A stretch of DNA of 64,000 bases from Gemmatales bacterium (GCA_041640595.1 JBEPZY010000005.1:96001-160000), one strand, 5' to 3'. Shown: positions 8,710-19,283, counted from the first letter of the stretch. Numbers and translations: made by a program. Notes: a model not told the origin generated them from the letters alone.

Positions 8710-10116
8710 ATGGATAAGGCACGGGCAGGCGGATTCTGCGGCGCCTTAGCGACCGCGGCATGTTTACTCCTGGCGGCTGAATGGAAAGTCAGCCTGCAGT
8801 GGTCGAGCGGGCAGGAGTTGCTCTATCGCGGCGAGATACACGAACTGGCCAGCGGTCGCGGGGTGCAATTCCGCAAGGAGTACGCCCTGGAAATTCGCGC
8901 TTTGGCAATAGAAGAGCGAGGCGATGAAGTAGCCGTTGCTTTCTTGACCACCATCCGGCCGAAAAACGCCCCTGCCACCAGCGGCACTGGAACGGTGCGG
9001 TTAGAATTGGCCTGGGTGAATCGTCGCGGCGAAATTTTTGCACCGAATCGCACGCCCCCCGTGCTTTCCCTGGATGCTCCCACGACCTGGGAATGTGGGT
9101 TTGTCGTGCGCTTACCCGGAAACGTTTTGCAAGACGGACAGAGCTGGCGTCACCAGGAACCGGGCCAGCCTGCCGAGGAATGGCGGGTCGTGGGGAGTGA
9201 AACGATTGCCGGCACCGCATGCCCGAAACTGTTGCGCGTGCAGAAGAGCGAAGATTGGGAACGGCCACGCGCGGATCGTCGAGCCTGGTATCGCCGCGAA
9301 GTTTTATGGCTGGAACCGCGCCTGGGAGTAGCTCAACGAGTGGAGCGGGAAATTGCCCGCCGTGAACCTGCCCAGACGCAAGCCACCGGCAGCATCCTGA
9401 CGCGGTACGAACTGGTCAGCAATTTTCGTTACGAGCCACGCTTGCTGGAAGATTGCCGCCGAGAGATTCGCCTGGCGGTGCAGCTACAGGATCAGCTCCG
9501 CGACTTACTTACCCCAGGGCGCAAAACCACGCCGGAAGATTTCCTTCAACTGGCTCGCCGGGTCGAGCAAATTCCAGCTACACCGACCACGCCTTATCGA
9601 GTCGCTCTGGAGCGTCTGGCATTAACCGCACAGGCAGCGGCTCGGGGCGAAGTGACACCGGTATCCGTTCAGGAAAACACCCCGGCTCTGGAAGTAGGCA
9701 AGCCTGCCCCCGACTTCCTGGTGCCCGATTGGCGCAAAGGGCAGCAAGTATCATTGCGGCAATTTCGCGGACGACCGGCGGTGCTGTTGTTTCTGCATCC
9801 CCGCTCCCCACTGAGTGGCGAAATTTTGCTGCACCTGCAACGCCTGGTCCAGCAAAATGCCGATTGGGAAGTTCAACCGGTGGCTCTGTTCATTCACGAA
9901 GACCGCGAGGCCGTGGGTGAGTTACTTGCCCGTCGGGATTGGAAATATCCTGTTCTGATTGGCTCGGCCTTACGAGCGAGTTACCAGATTGATGCCACCC
10001 CGCGGCTCGTTGTTCTCGATGGCCAGGGAGTGGTGCAGGGTATCTACACCGGCTGGGGTCCGGAAATTCCGCAGCAGCTGCTGCGCGATCTTCGCCGCGT
10101 CGCAGAGCCAAAGTAG
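8710..10116 (+). CDS. Exported protein with C-terminal redoxin (TlpA/AhpC-like) domain lacking CxxC
   Basis: Signal peptide; 'VGKPAPDFLVPDW..VSLRQFRGRPAVLLFLHP..YQIDATPRLVVLDGQGVV'. Confidence 0.75.
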   Translation: MDKARAGGFCGALATAACLLLAAEWKVSLQWSSGQELLYRGEIHELASGRGVQFRKEYALEIRALAIEERGDEVAVAFLTTIRPKNAPATSGTGTVRLELAWVNRRGEIFAPNRTPPVLSLDAPTTWECGFVVRLPGNVLQDGQSWRHQEPGQPAEEWRVVGSETIAGTACPKLLRVQKSEDWERPRADRRAWYRREVLWLEPRLGVAQRVEREIARREPAQTQATGSILTRYELVSNFRYEPRLLEDCRREIRLAVQLQDQLRDLLTPGRKTTPEDFLQLARRVEQIPATPTTPYRVALERLALTAQAAARGEVTPVSVQENTPALEVGKPAPDFLVPDWRKGQQVSLRQFRGRPAVLLFLHPRSPLSGEILLHLQRLVQQNADWEVQPVALFIHEDREAVGELLARRDWKYPVLIGSALRASYQIDATPRLVVLDGQGVVQGIYTGWGPEIPQQLLRDLRRVAEPK

Positions 10117-10312
10117 CCTGCCCTCGCCCACGGACGCCTCGGTGCTCACCGAATAATCGGCAAAAGCGTTCGATTTTCGCTTGCTGTCCTGGCTACCCCA
10201 GCGGGGTTGGGCGTGAATGCCCTTGCAATTTCCGGGAACCACCCGATAGTATCGAACAGAAGGACTATGGCAGCCCAACCTGCTGGCCACGAATAAGAGG
10301 ACAGGAATCCTT

Positions 10313-10804
10313 ATGCTGGCGATGCCTTACCGGATTCAGGAGAGCACCCGTCGCTGTGCCCGAACCGGTCGTGAATTGCAGCCGGGAGAAATCTGTTATA
10401 GCGTTCTTTATGAACGGGACGGTGATTTTGTCCGCGAAGATTATTCGCCGGAGGCGTGGCAAGGTCCGCCGAACGGAGCGTTTTGTTTCTGGCGTGGCCG
10501 GGTGCCTCCCCGTGACGGACCGCGTCGGATTCGCTATCAGGACGATGCCTTGTGGGATTGCTTCCTGCAATTGCAGCACCGCACCGAGCCGAACGCTTTG
10601 CAAATGCGTTATGTGCTGGCCTTGCTTCTGCTGCGACGGCGAAGATTCCGCCTGGAAGCGGTGGATTGGCGCGACGGCGTCGAGATACTCCGCCTGCGAT
10701 GTTCCCGCTCCGGCCACGATTTCGAGGTGATCAACCCTGGCATCTCCGAAGCTGACCTGCAACAATTACAGCAGCAAATCCAGTCTCTCCTGGAGCTAGC
10801 CTGA
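10313..10804 (+). CDS. Conserved-looking hypothetical protein
   Basis: 163 aa ORF with RBS (GAGGACAGGA); RRCARTGRELQPGE..FCFWRGRVP..RYVLALLLLRRRRF. Confidence 0.7.
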   Translation: MLAMPYRIQESTRRCARTGRELQPGEICYSVLYERDGDFVREDYSPEAWQGPPNGAFCFWRGRVPPRDGPRRIRYQDDALWDCFLQLQHRTEPNALQMRYVLALLLLRRRRFRLEAVDWRDGVEILRLRCSRSGHDFEVINPGISEADLQQLQQQIQSLLELA

Positions 10805-10810
10805 TCTTCC

Positions 10811-11743
10811 ATGCTGACGCCAACACGGTGGAATTGCCGACGCCCGTCACTGCCCAGGGCCTGGCCTGGCCGTATGCCGACCGGGTTCGGGTTGATGCTC
10901 GCACTGGTACTGTTGGCCGGTTGCAGTTCCTGGAGCGGACACCGTGAACCGCCACCTCCCTGGGGCAATGTCCGTCCCGGTGCTGAACAGATTGTCGCTT
11001 ACCTGGACGGCAATGCCCGCCGCATTCAGTCCTTGCGAGTGGAAGACCTGGACGTTACCGTGCAGTACGGCAACCAGCGATTCGGGGCCAGCGGCATGCT
11101 CGCGTACCAGAAACCGCGTAATTTCCGGCTCATTGCTTATGCCGGTTTGCAGGATCAGGCCGACATCGGTTCCAACGACCGCGAATTCTGGTTCTGGTTC
11201 CGCCAGGATAAGAACAACGCCCTGTATCGTTGCAGTTACGAGGACCTGCCCCAGGTGCGGAGCTTGCGCATCCCCGTTCATCCCGATTGGCTCGCCCAGG
11301 CACTGTGCGTACAGGAAATCGGCCCGGCCAATCAGTACCGCATCCAGGAAAATGGCGACTACGTGTATCTGACCACCCAGATTACCTCGCCGCAAGGCCA
11401 GCCGCTCGTCAAGACCCTCAAAGTGGCAATTCGCGGCGCCCAATCCGGTCGCATTGTCAGCATGAGTTTGCGAACTTTACAGGGGGCGGAAGTCTGGTCG
11501 GCGGACATCACCGAATATCATCACCAGCTCCAAGGCTACGTCGTGCCTCGCAAAATTCAGCTTCGTTGTCCGTCAGAAAAGTTGGAGGTCGCCCTGAAAC
11601 TGGATCGTGTTCAGGTGAACGTACTCCAGCCCGGCAATACTGGCGACATGTTTGTTCGCCCACCTAAGCCCGGCGTGCAGGAGATCGATCTGGCACGCGG
11701 GCCAGCCGCCACCCCAACCGGACTGCGCCCTGGTGGTGGATGA
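10811..11743 (+). CDS. Putative lipoprotein (LolA/LolB-like beta fold possible)
   Basis: Lipobox LLAGC after a hydrophobic stretch; 'LAYQKPRNFRL..DIGSNDREFWFW'; true start may be ATG 10874. Confidence 0.7.
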   Translation: MLTPTRWNCRRPSLPRAWPGRMPTGFGLMLALVLLAGCSSWSGHREPPPPWGNVRPGAEQIVAYLDGNARRIQSLRVEDLDVTVQYGNQRFGASGMLAYQKPRNFRLIAYAGLQDQADIGSNDREFWFWFRQDKNNALYRCSYEDLPQVRSLRIPVHPDWLAQALCVQEIGPANQYRIQENGDYVYLTTQITSPQGQPLVKTLKVAIRGAQSGRIVSMSLRTLQGAEVWSADITEYHHQLQGYVVPRKIQLRCPSEKLEVALKLDRVQVNVLQPGNTGDMFVRPPKPGVQEIDLARGPAATPTGLRPGGG

Positions 11744-11782
11744 ACTTAGCTCGTGTTTGAAACGAAGCGGATGTTTAGATGC

Positions 11783-12772
11783 TTAGCGGCTAATGCGCAG
11801 TTGGGGCGAGCGCAGTAAGCTTTCCACCTCCGCAGGGGTTACCCATGCAAAGTCCCCTGGAATACTGTGCTTGAGTGCGCTGATCGCCACACCCCAATCC
11901 AGACCCTTCTGCACATCGCCATCTAATAATCCGTGGATCAAGCCCGCCGCAAAAGCATCTCCCGCACCTAAACGATCTACAATCTCGACTTCATAAGTGC
12001 GGGTTTGATAGAGCTTACCACCGGCATAAGCAATGGCCGTCCAGCTATTGCGCCACACCAGGGGATTTTCACGCAAGGTGATCGCTACCACCTGCAGATT
12101 GGGATACGTCTCGGCAATGCGTCGCGCTACCGTAGCGTAATCGGTGCCCTCGATCCGCAGAACTTTATTCGCGTCTTCTTCGGTGGTGACCAGCACCTGG
12201 GCCTGTTGTACAAAGCCGTGCATCCAGCGATGGGCTTCTTCCGCGCTCCAGAGTTTAGCGCGATAATTGAGGTCTATACTCACCGGAACGTTGGCCTGTC
12301 GAGCGGCGGTGATGGCTTCGCGAGTGGTTTCGGCAGCAGTGGGGCTTAGTGCCGGGGTGATGCCGGTCACATGGAACCAGCTTGCCTCACGGAAGATTTT
12401 TTCCCACGGCACCATGCCCGGACGAATGTTAGCAATCGCCGAGCCTTTGCGATCATAAACGACGCTGGAAGCTCGCGGCGCCGCTCCGAATTCCAGAAAG
12501 TAGAGACCCACCCGGTCTTCGTTCGTCCACAATATATAGTCCGTGCCGACGCCAGTTTCCTGAACGTGATGCACTAATAATCGGCCCAGGGGATTATCAG
12601 TAAGGCGGGAAACCCAGTAGGCCAATCGCCCCAGGCGTACTAAGGCGACCGCTGTGTTGAGTTCAGCCCCGCCTACCTTGATCTCGAAAGTTCGCGCCTG
12701 CTCCAGACGATGAAAAGCTGGCGGACTAAGTCGCAACATCGCCTCGCCAAAGGTGATCACCGATTTAGTCAT
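11783..12772 (-). CDS. kdgK: PfkB-family sugar kinase (2-keto-3-deoxygluconate kinase-like)
   Basis: FGEAMLRL, GGAELNTA, DLNYRAKLW, IVDRLGAGDAFAAG; next to eda. Confidence 0.85.
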   Translation of the reverse strand: MTKSVITFGEAMLRLSPPAFHRLEQARTFEIKVGGAELNTAVALVRLGRLAYWVSRLTDNPLGRLLVHHVQETGVGTDYILWTNEDRVGLYFLEFGAAPRASSVVYDRKGSAIANIRPGMVPWEKIFREASWFHVTGITPALSPTAAETTREAITAARQANVPVSIDLNYRAKLWSAEEAHRWMHGFVQQAQVLVTTEEDANKVLRIEGTDYATVARRIAETYPNLQVVAITLRENPLVWRNSWTAIAYAGGKLYQTRTYEVEIVDRLGAGDAFAAGLIHGLLDGDVQKGLDWGVAISALKHSIPGDFAWVTPAEVESLLRSPQLRISR

Positions 12773-12903
12773 AGGCAATTTCCTTTATCGCCTTGCGCGG
12801 CCCACAGAGAGAATTATTGCCGGACGCTCAGACCTTATTGCCACTAAGACTCCGGCTATATATCAAGGTGCCTGAATTGAGCGGTGTTCCCGGCGGATAG
12901 CGT

Positions 12904-13563
12904 TCAAGACGAAGGGGAGCCAGCAGCGTGCTGGCGAACCAGTCCGACATACTGACGGGCCAGTTCACTGATGCGGCTGTAATTGCGTTCCGCTACGGCG
13001 CGCGGCTCCACCAGCTGAGCACCGATACCGAGACAGGATGCGCCAGCTTTCAGAAAATCCCCGACGGTTTGCAGGTTGACGCCTCCTGTCGGCATCAGGC
13101 GAATGTGCGGGAGTGGCGCTTTTAGTGCTCGAATATAAGCCGGCCCGCCAACCTCGGCAGGAAATATCTTGACTATATCCGCACCGAGTTCCCAGGCGTA
13201 AACCACTTCCGTGGGTGTGAATGCTCCTGGAATAACTACTTTCGAGTAACGCTTGCACATTTGGATAACCTCGGCATTGGTGTTAGGCGCCACGATAAAC
13301 TCTGCTCCGGCCAGTATCGCTAACCGGGCCGTCTCCGCGTCTAATACCGTGCCAGCTCCCAGCACTATATCCTGTCCCAGTTCGGCGGCGATTTGCTCTA
13401 ATACTCGAATAGCGTTGGGAACCGTAAAGGTGACCTCGATAGCGCGGATACCACCATCGAACAGAGCGCGGGCAACCTGCACCAGTTCGGCACTGCTCGG
13501 CGAACGAACGATAGCCACAATCTTCGTTTCCAGGAGCGTCTGTAATGTTTGCTGCGACGACAT
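12904..13563 (-). CDS. eda: KDPG/KHG aldolase
   Basis: GGIRAIEVTF, GAGTVLD, PGAFTPTE, VKIFPA, MPTGGV. Confidence 0.93.
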   Translation of the reverse strand: MSSQQTLQTLLETKIVAIVRSPSSAELVQVARALFDGGIRAIEVTFTVPNAIRVLEQIAAELGQDIVLGAGTVLDAETARLAILAGAEFIVAPNTNAEVIQMCKRYSKVVIPGAFTPTEVVYAWELGADIVKIFPAEVGGPAYIRALKAPLPHIRLMPTGGVNLQTVGDFLKAGASCLGIGAQLVEPRAVAERNYSRISELARQYVGLVRQHAAGSPSS

Positions 13564-13670
13564 CCGCGAGGCTCCACAGTTCGGATTAATGCTTAGAGTC
13601 CGGCAACGTCGGGCGGTTGATAAGTGTACTTGATAGTCACAGACGTCGCTGCCATGACTAAGTATCGGCA

Positions 13671-14489
13671 CTAAGTCGGGCTGGGCGACCCGGAGGCACT
13701 AAGCGTGGGTAAAGCGATTTTTTTATTTTTGCGCAGGCCGAGCAGATCGCCGAGCTTTCGCCCCAACCACATTAAGGGATCGTAATAAGCATCCACCACT
13801 CGCTCTTTGAGCGGAATTATGCCGTTATCGGTAATGTGGATTTCTTCCGGGCAAACTTCCGTACAGCACTTGGTGATGTTGCATAGACCTATATTCAGCA
13901 CGTCCTTAAGCAGGGGCAGACGATCCACGGTATCAAGGGGATGCATTTCCAGACTGGCCACGCGGATCATAAAGCGTGGGCCACCGAAAATTTCCGGTGC
14001 TTCTTTCATCTGGTGATCGCGGAGGACGTGGCAAACATTCTGGCACAGGAAACACTCGATGCACTTGCGAAACTCCTGCACGCGGTCCACTTCTTCCTGA
14101 GCCATGCGCCAGGTGCCATCGGGAAAGTCCGGCGGTCGTGGACGAAACGGCGGAATCATCTTGTTGATGCGGTAGTTCCAGGAAACATCGGTAACCAGGT
14201 CTTTGATGATCGGGAAAGCCCGCATGGGTTCGATAGTTACTGGACCGGGCGGGAGGGTGTCCATACGGGTCATGCACATCAGTCGCGGTTTGCCATTGAC
14301 TTCGGCGGAACAAGAACCGCATTTACCGGCTTTGCAATTCCAGCGACAGGCCAGGTCGGGAGCTTGCGTGGCCTGGATTTGATGCACCACATCCAGCACG
14401 ACCATGCCTTCGCTGACCTCGGCCTGATATTCGCGGAACTCTCCACCGCTTTTGTCACCACGCCAGATACGAAAAATTGTCGTTCCCAT
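13671..14489 (-). CDS. sdhB: Succinate dehydrogenase/fumarate reductase Fe-S subunit
   Basis: CKAGKCGSC [2Fe-2S], CIECFLCQNVC, CNITKCCTEVCP. Confidence 0.93.
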   Translation of the reverse strand: MGTTIFRIWRGDKSGGEFREYQAEVSEGMVVLDVVHQIQATQAPDLACRWNCKAGKCGSCSAEVNGKPRLMCMTRMDTLPPGPVTIEPMRAFPIIKDLVTDVSWNYRINKMIPPFRPRPPDFPDGTWRMAQEEVDRVQEFRKCIECFLCQNVCHVLRDHQMKEAPEIFGGPRFMIRVASLEMHPLDTVDRLPLLKDVLNIGLCNITKCCTEVCPEEIHITDNGIIPLKERVVDAYYDPLMWLGRKLGDLLGLRKNKKIALPTLSASGSPSPT

Positions 14490-14609
14490 GTCAATAATTC
14501 CTTGAGCGACCGCTAGCTCGCGTTAAGATGCTGCCAAATCACGAATTGCCCAGGCGGGCGAAGGTTATTCCTCGTTGCTAAGATGGCCGGATTGACCGAA
14601 AATGTCGGT

Positions 14610-16451
14610 TCAGCGGTTCGCTTCGATAATGCGTTTGAGGTAATCGGGCATGTCGGGGATCGGTTCGCGGCGAACCTGCATGGAGCCATCCGGTCCTTTG
14701 CGAACCACGATGTTCACTTTTCCGAATTCCTCGCGTTTGCTCGGATAATCTTCGCGGAATTGGGCGCCGCGACTTTCCTTGCGTTCGATGGCCGAGCGGG
14801 TAATGGCTTCGGCGACGATCAGGAGGTTGTGCAAATCCATAGCGGTATGCCAGCCGGGGTTGTATTCGCGGTTGCCGACGACACGGATGCGGCGATGGCG
14901 GTCGCGGAGTCGGGCAATTTCGTCCAGGGCCCGCAGCATTTCCTCCTCGCGGCGGACGATGCCGACCAGGTTCTGCATGGTTTCCTGGAGGTCCTGCTGC
15001 ACCTGGAAGGGATTTTCGTTGCCCTGAGGTTCGTCTATGAAGCTGAGAGCCCAGCGTGCAGCCGCTTCGATCTGGTCGTGTGGCAGTTGCCCGGCGGAAT
15101 GGTCTTTGGCATAGCGAGCGGCAAATTCACCGGCGCGTTTGCCGAAGACAAGCAGATCGGACAGCGAATTGCCACCCAGGCGATTGGCACCATGCAAACC
15201 GCCTGCCACTTCCCCGGCGGCGAACAATCCCGGCACGGTGGACATCTGCGTCTCGCCATCCACCCGCACTCCGCCCATGATGTAATGAACAGTCGGCCCG
15301 ACCTCCATGGGCTGCTCGGTGATGTCAATCCCGCCGAGTTGTTTGAACTGGTGATACATGCTGGGCAACTTTTTCTTGATATATTCCGCTTTGTTGAGGC
15401 CGGGCCGACGTTTCGCCAGCCAGTCGCAGAACGTCTGCAATTCCAGATAGACGCCACCGTGAGGACTGCCGCGACCTTCACGGATTTCCCGCACAATACA
15501 GCGGGCGACGTGATCGCGGGTGAGCAGTTCCGGCGGTCGGCGGGCATCACGCCCCTGGTATTTTTCGCCGATGACGTAGAGGAACCCTTCTTCCTCGTTG
15601 TCGGCGGTGCTGTTGCGGTAGGCTTCGGGAATATCCTCGAACATGAAGCGTTTGCCCAGGGCATTGCGGAGCACGCCACCTTCGCCGCGCACCCCTTCGG
15701 TCACCAGAATTCCCCGCACACTGGGCGGCCAGACCATACCGGTGGGATGAAACTGCACAAACTCCATGTCCACCAGTTCGGCTCCGGCTTCGTAGGCAAG
15801 AGCATGTCCGTCGCCGGTGTACTCCCAGCTATTGCTGGTAATTTTGTACGCCTTACCGATGCCGCCGGTCGCCAGCACCACCGCTTTCGCGTGAAACACC
15901 ACAAACTGGCCCCGCTCGCGGTAATAGCCGAACGCCCCGACCACGCGCTCGCCATCTTTGAGCAGGCGGATGATGGTGCATTCCATGTGCACATCAATGC
16001 CCTGATGGATGCCGTGATCCTGAAGGGTACGGATCATTTCCAGGCCGGTGCGGTCGCCGACGTGAGCCAGGCGGGGATATTTGTGTCCGCCGAAATGGCG
16101 TTGCAGAATCCGGCCGTCGCGTGTGCGATCGAAAACAGCGCCCCAGGCTTCCAGTTCGCGCACCCGATCGGGAGCCTCTTTGGCGTGGAGTTCCGCCATC
16201 TTCCAGTTGTTGATGTACTGACCGCCGCGCATGGTATCGGCGAAGTGGACTTCCCAGTTATCGCGGCTATCCACATTGGCCAGTGCGGCGGCAATTCCGC
16301 CTTCGGCCATGACCGTGTGGGCTTTGCCCAACAGCGATTTGCAAACCAGACCGACCCGGCAACCGGCGGCGGATGCCTCAATAGCAGCACGTAAACCAGC
16401 TCCTCCGGCTCCGATCACCAGCACGTCGTGTTCATAAATGGGATAATCCAT
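14610..16451 (-). CDS. sdhA: Succinate dehydrogenase/fumarate reductase flavoprotein subunit
   Basis: VIGAGGAG, AHTVMAEGG (covalent FAD His), QFHPT, HYIMGG, HGANRLGGNSL, ESRGA. Confidence 0.95.
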   Translation of the reverse strand: MDYPIYEHDVLVIGAGGAGLRAAIEASAAGCRVGLVCKSLLGKAHTVMAEGGIAAALANVDSRDNWEVHFADTMRGGQYINNWKMAELHAKEAPDRVRELEAWGAVFDRTRDGRILQRHFGGHKYPRLAHVGDRTGLEMIRTLQDHGIHQGIDVHMECTIIRLLKDGERVVGAFGYYRERGQFVVFHAKAVVLATGGIGKAYKITSNSWEYTGDGHALAYEAGAELVDMEFVQFHPTGMVWPPSVRGILVTEGVRGEGGVLRNALGKRFMFEDIPEAYRNSTADNEEEGFLYVIGEKYQGRDARRPPELLTRDHVARCIVREIREGRGSPHGGVYLELQTFCDWLAKRRPGLNKAEYIKKKLPSMYHQFKQLGGIDITEQPMEVGPTVHYIMGGVRVDGETQMSTVPGLFAAGEVAGGLHGANRLGGNSLSDLLVFGKRAGEFAARYAKDHSAGQLPHDQIEAAARWALSFIDEPQGNENPFQVQQDLQETMQNLVGIVRREEEMLRALDEIARLRDRHRRIRVVGNREYNPGWHTAMDLHNLLIVAEAITRSAIERKESRGAQFREDYPSKREEFGKVNIVVRKGPDGSMQVRREPIPDMPDYLKRIIEANR

Positions 16452-16595
16452 GGTCGCTCTTCCATTGGGTTGCAAGTTGGCTATCGGCGATTGTAGCAAG
16501 ACTCACGCACCTGGCAGACCAAAGCCGTTCTGCCTGTATCTGCGGATCAGCCTACGCTCGCCTCTGGCGGCGTCGTAAGCTGACCGGATTGAGAA

Positions 16596-17495
16596 TCACA
16601 AGATGCGGAGGTCTTTCCAGATGCCGGCAGCGCACAGGCGAATGTACAGGTCGGTGAAGCCGACGCTGAAAAGCGATAGCCAGGCCCAGAGTTGGTGCCG
16701 TTCGTTCAAAATCGTACTCAACCGCCATAAGCGGTAGCTGGTGGTCGGTCGCAGTTGGCCATTTACAGGGCAGGAAAAACAATTCTTTCGGCCACCGATG
16801 AGGTGCCGGAAGGAATGGCAGCCCAGCGTATAGCCTGTCAGCAAATAAACGTTCACCAGCATGATCACGGAACCCAGACCGATACCGAAGGTGTGCTGGC
16901 CAGTTGGCGAACCATGGGCATCAAGCACCGGCCACCAGAAGGCCAAAATGGCGTCGTGCCACAGAAATACCAGAAACAGCACCGCGAAATACATGAAGTA
17001 GCGGTGGATATTCTGAATGAGCAACGGCCAGTGATTTTCGCCCCAGTAACTGCTCCGGGGTTCGCCCACCGCACAGGCGGGCGGGTCCAGCCAGAACGAC
17101 CGGTAGTAGGCTTTGCGATAATAGTAGCAGGTGAAGCGGAAACCGGCGGGGAAGATAAGGATCAGCAGGGCGGCGTTGAACGGCAGCCAGGCCGGCCACC
17201 AGTTCGGTCGCGCCTGGCGGAACCAGGCGTGCGGACTCTGCTCATCAAAAAGCAGCGGCGAATGGAACGGTGCCAGGTAAGGAGCGACCGCAGGATTATT
17301 CGGAGCGAAAAAGTCCTCGACATTTTGGCGAATCTCGAAATAGCCGGGCACGGCAAACACAATCGTGGTGGCGTACACGACGAAAGCGGTCAGGCCCAGC
17401 ACCGTCGCCAGCGGGCCCAGCCACCAGGCATCGCGGCGCATGGTTTCACCGAAACGCCGATGGATAACACCTGCGGGAGTTGTAGCGGTAGCCAT
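16596..17495 (-). CDS. Succinate dehydrogenase membrane anchor (mycobacterial Sdh1-like)
   Basis: Multi-TM protein with FRFTCYYYRKAYYRSFW, PPACAV, QNIHRY, GCHSFRH motifs, first gene of the sdh operon. Confidence 0.8.
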   Translation of the reverse strand: MATATTPAGVIHRRFGETMRRDAWWLGPLATVLGLTAFVVYATTIVFAVPGYFEIRQNVEDFFAPNNPAVAPYLAPFHSPLLFDEQSPHAWFRQARPNWWPAWLPFNAALLILIFPAGFRFTCYYYRKAYYRSFWLDPPACAVGEPRSSYWGENHWPLLIQNIHRYFMYFAVLFLVFLWHDAILAFWWPVLDAHGSPTGQHTFGIGLGSVIMLVNVYLLTGYTLGCHSFRHLIGGRKNCFSCPVNGQLRPTTSYRLWRLSTILNERHQLWAWLSLFSVGFTDLYIRLCAAGIWKDLRIL

Positions 17496-17685
17496 CGTTT
17501 TCCTCGATTCCGTAATCGCGTTGGTTCAGGCGGATTGTCGAGAATGGTTCAGGCCGAAGGATGTTTCACTGCCAAAGAGCCGATCGTGCATTTTAGCAAG
17601 TATGGAATACGCCCAGGCACTGCGAAGAACCGGTTAGCCGATCGTGAGGCAAACATTGTCGGTGCGTGTTGGCTGAGCCTCTCGG

Positions 17686-18813
17686 CTAATAGACATCTTC
17701 GGGGGACACGCTTGCCCGTGCGGGAGGGGGCTGGGAGACCGTCTCGCCGTAGCGGAAATGCCAGCCTTCCAAACAACGGAAGGAAGCGATTTGTTCCGGA
17801 GTCAAACCGTATCGCCGGAACCAGGGCGTGGCCTGGCTCTGGATCAATTCGCTGATTTCGCGGACACGCTGCACTGCCTCATTTCGCAACCAGGTCTGCC
17901 GATCCTCGGGCCGGGCGAAGCTGAAGTATTCCTTCCAGAACGCGCGACCGCCGAGGCAACCGCTGGCCCCTGCGCGAACAGCCATCTCCATTTGTCGCTT
18001 GAAATCGGCATAATCCACCCCGGCGCTGAGCAACACCCAGGGACGTTTGCAAACTTCGTTGAGCCGATGCAGATTTTCCATCAATTCGCTCTCGGATTCC
18101 CGGCCTAGTGTACCGGGGAATTCGGCCTTATAAACGTCGCACAGGTGGCTGACCAGCCGGGCTGTTTCGATCACGGTCCGCGGCTTGCGATTCAGGTAAC
18201 TGGCACTTTTCTTGTCTTCCATCTGGCCATTTTGCCGGTACGGAAAACTTACCGTTTCCAGGACAAGCAGAATATCGTGGCGGCGGCATTCGTGATAAAC
18301 TCGCTCGATGGTGAGGAACTGTTTTTCCGCACTTTCGGGTTCATCCGGCTCAAAGTAGGCCAAAAGCTTGACGGCATCGGCACCCATGCGTTTGATTTTG
18401 GCCACACTCCAGCCCGGCTCGATTTCCGTGAGGGTGGCGCCAGAGGGTGTTTTCGTCCCGCCGCTTTTTTCCAGCCGTACCAGCAAGCCCGTGTTGCGAG
18501 GCAAACTGAAACTGGCCAGGGCATTCCAGACCCCGTAATAAGCGTCAATCAACAGGCCGCTGCAGACCGGCCCCAGCGTCCGAGCCAGGTCAATTTTGCT
18601 TTCGACCATTTCTTCGTAAGTCGGCTCACGCTCCTGCCCCTGCTTTTTGAACAACTCCTTGAACATGTTGATCATGGAGTTGTTCTGGTCGGTGGCGACC
18701 ATGGTGAGCGTGCCGTTGGGATTGCTGATGCGTTGCAGGCCACGGAGTTTGCCTGGCGTCAGTCCCAGACTCAGCCATTTCACGACGCCGGCGGCATTGG
18801 TAGTCAGGCTCAT
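17686..18813 (-). CDS. Class I aldolase, tagatose-1,6-bisphosphate (LacD/YihT) family
   Basis: TMVATDQ, GWSVAKIKRMGADAVKLL, DVYKAEFP, PWVLLSAGV, GASGCLGGRAFW. Confidence 0.85.
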   Translation of the reverse strand: MSLTTNAAGVVKWLSLGLTPGKLRGLQRISNPNGTLTMVATDQNNSMINMFKELFKKQGQEREPTYEEMVESKIDLARTLGPVCSGLLIDAYYGVWNALASFSLPRNTGLLVRLEKSGGTKTPSGATLTEIEPGWSVAKIKRMGADAVKLLAYFEPDEPESAEKQFLTIERVYHECRRHDILLVLETVSFPYRQNGQMEDKKSASYLNRKPRTVIETARLVSHLCDVYKAEFPGTLGRESESELMENLHRLNEVCKRPWVLLSAGVDYADFKRQMEMAVRAGASGCLGGRAFWKEYFSFARPEDRQTWLRNEAVQRVREISELIQSQATPWFRRYGLTPEQIASFRCLEGWHFRYGETVSQPPPARASVSPEDVY

Positions 18814-18993
18814 AAGGAAAATTCTCCTCCTCTGCTGACGGTAGGCCCAGCCTACACTTGTCCGGAACAATTATCATACCACCTGGCCCTCGATCGGCCA
18901 GGAACAGCGCAGTCGTGAAACGCAGCGGTTTTTGTGATCCATCGGACAGCTTTGCGACCGTTGCCGGAATTACCGGGACGAGCCACCGTCCGG

Positions 18994-19173
18994 GTGGTCG
19001 CTTCTCCGCTTGCGTTCGAGCGACTCCGCGACTCCCGAACTCACCCGGAGCCGTGAACCTCGTAGGTGGGATTGCTTCTCCGAATACGTTCGAGCAGCCC
19101 CGCGAATTCGCCACGTTTTTTCGCCCGCTCATAGCGGGATTGCTTCTCCGAACACGTTCGAGCAGCCCCGCGA
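18994..19173. repeat. Palindromic 38 bp repeat, 2 near-identical copies + 1 degenerate
   Basis: GGGATTGCTTCTCCGAAYACGTTCGAGCAGCCCCGCGA at 19068-19105 and 19136-19173; degenerate copy at ~18994-19031. Confidence 0.8.
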
Positions 19174-19283
19174 CCGGTGGGGTAAAGCGTCGTGGTTTTG
19201 ATACGATTAGGGTGGAAAAACGGTTCGGGTAGTTTTGTGACCGGTGGGGTAAGCCCGGCAATCGAACCGCTGAATGTCGCGCA

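Noticed and set aside
14583..16394. 603 aa + strand ORF
   Set aside because: Antisense shadow of sdhA
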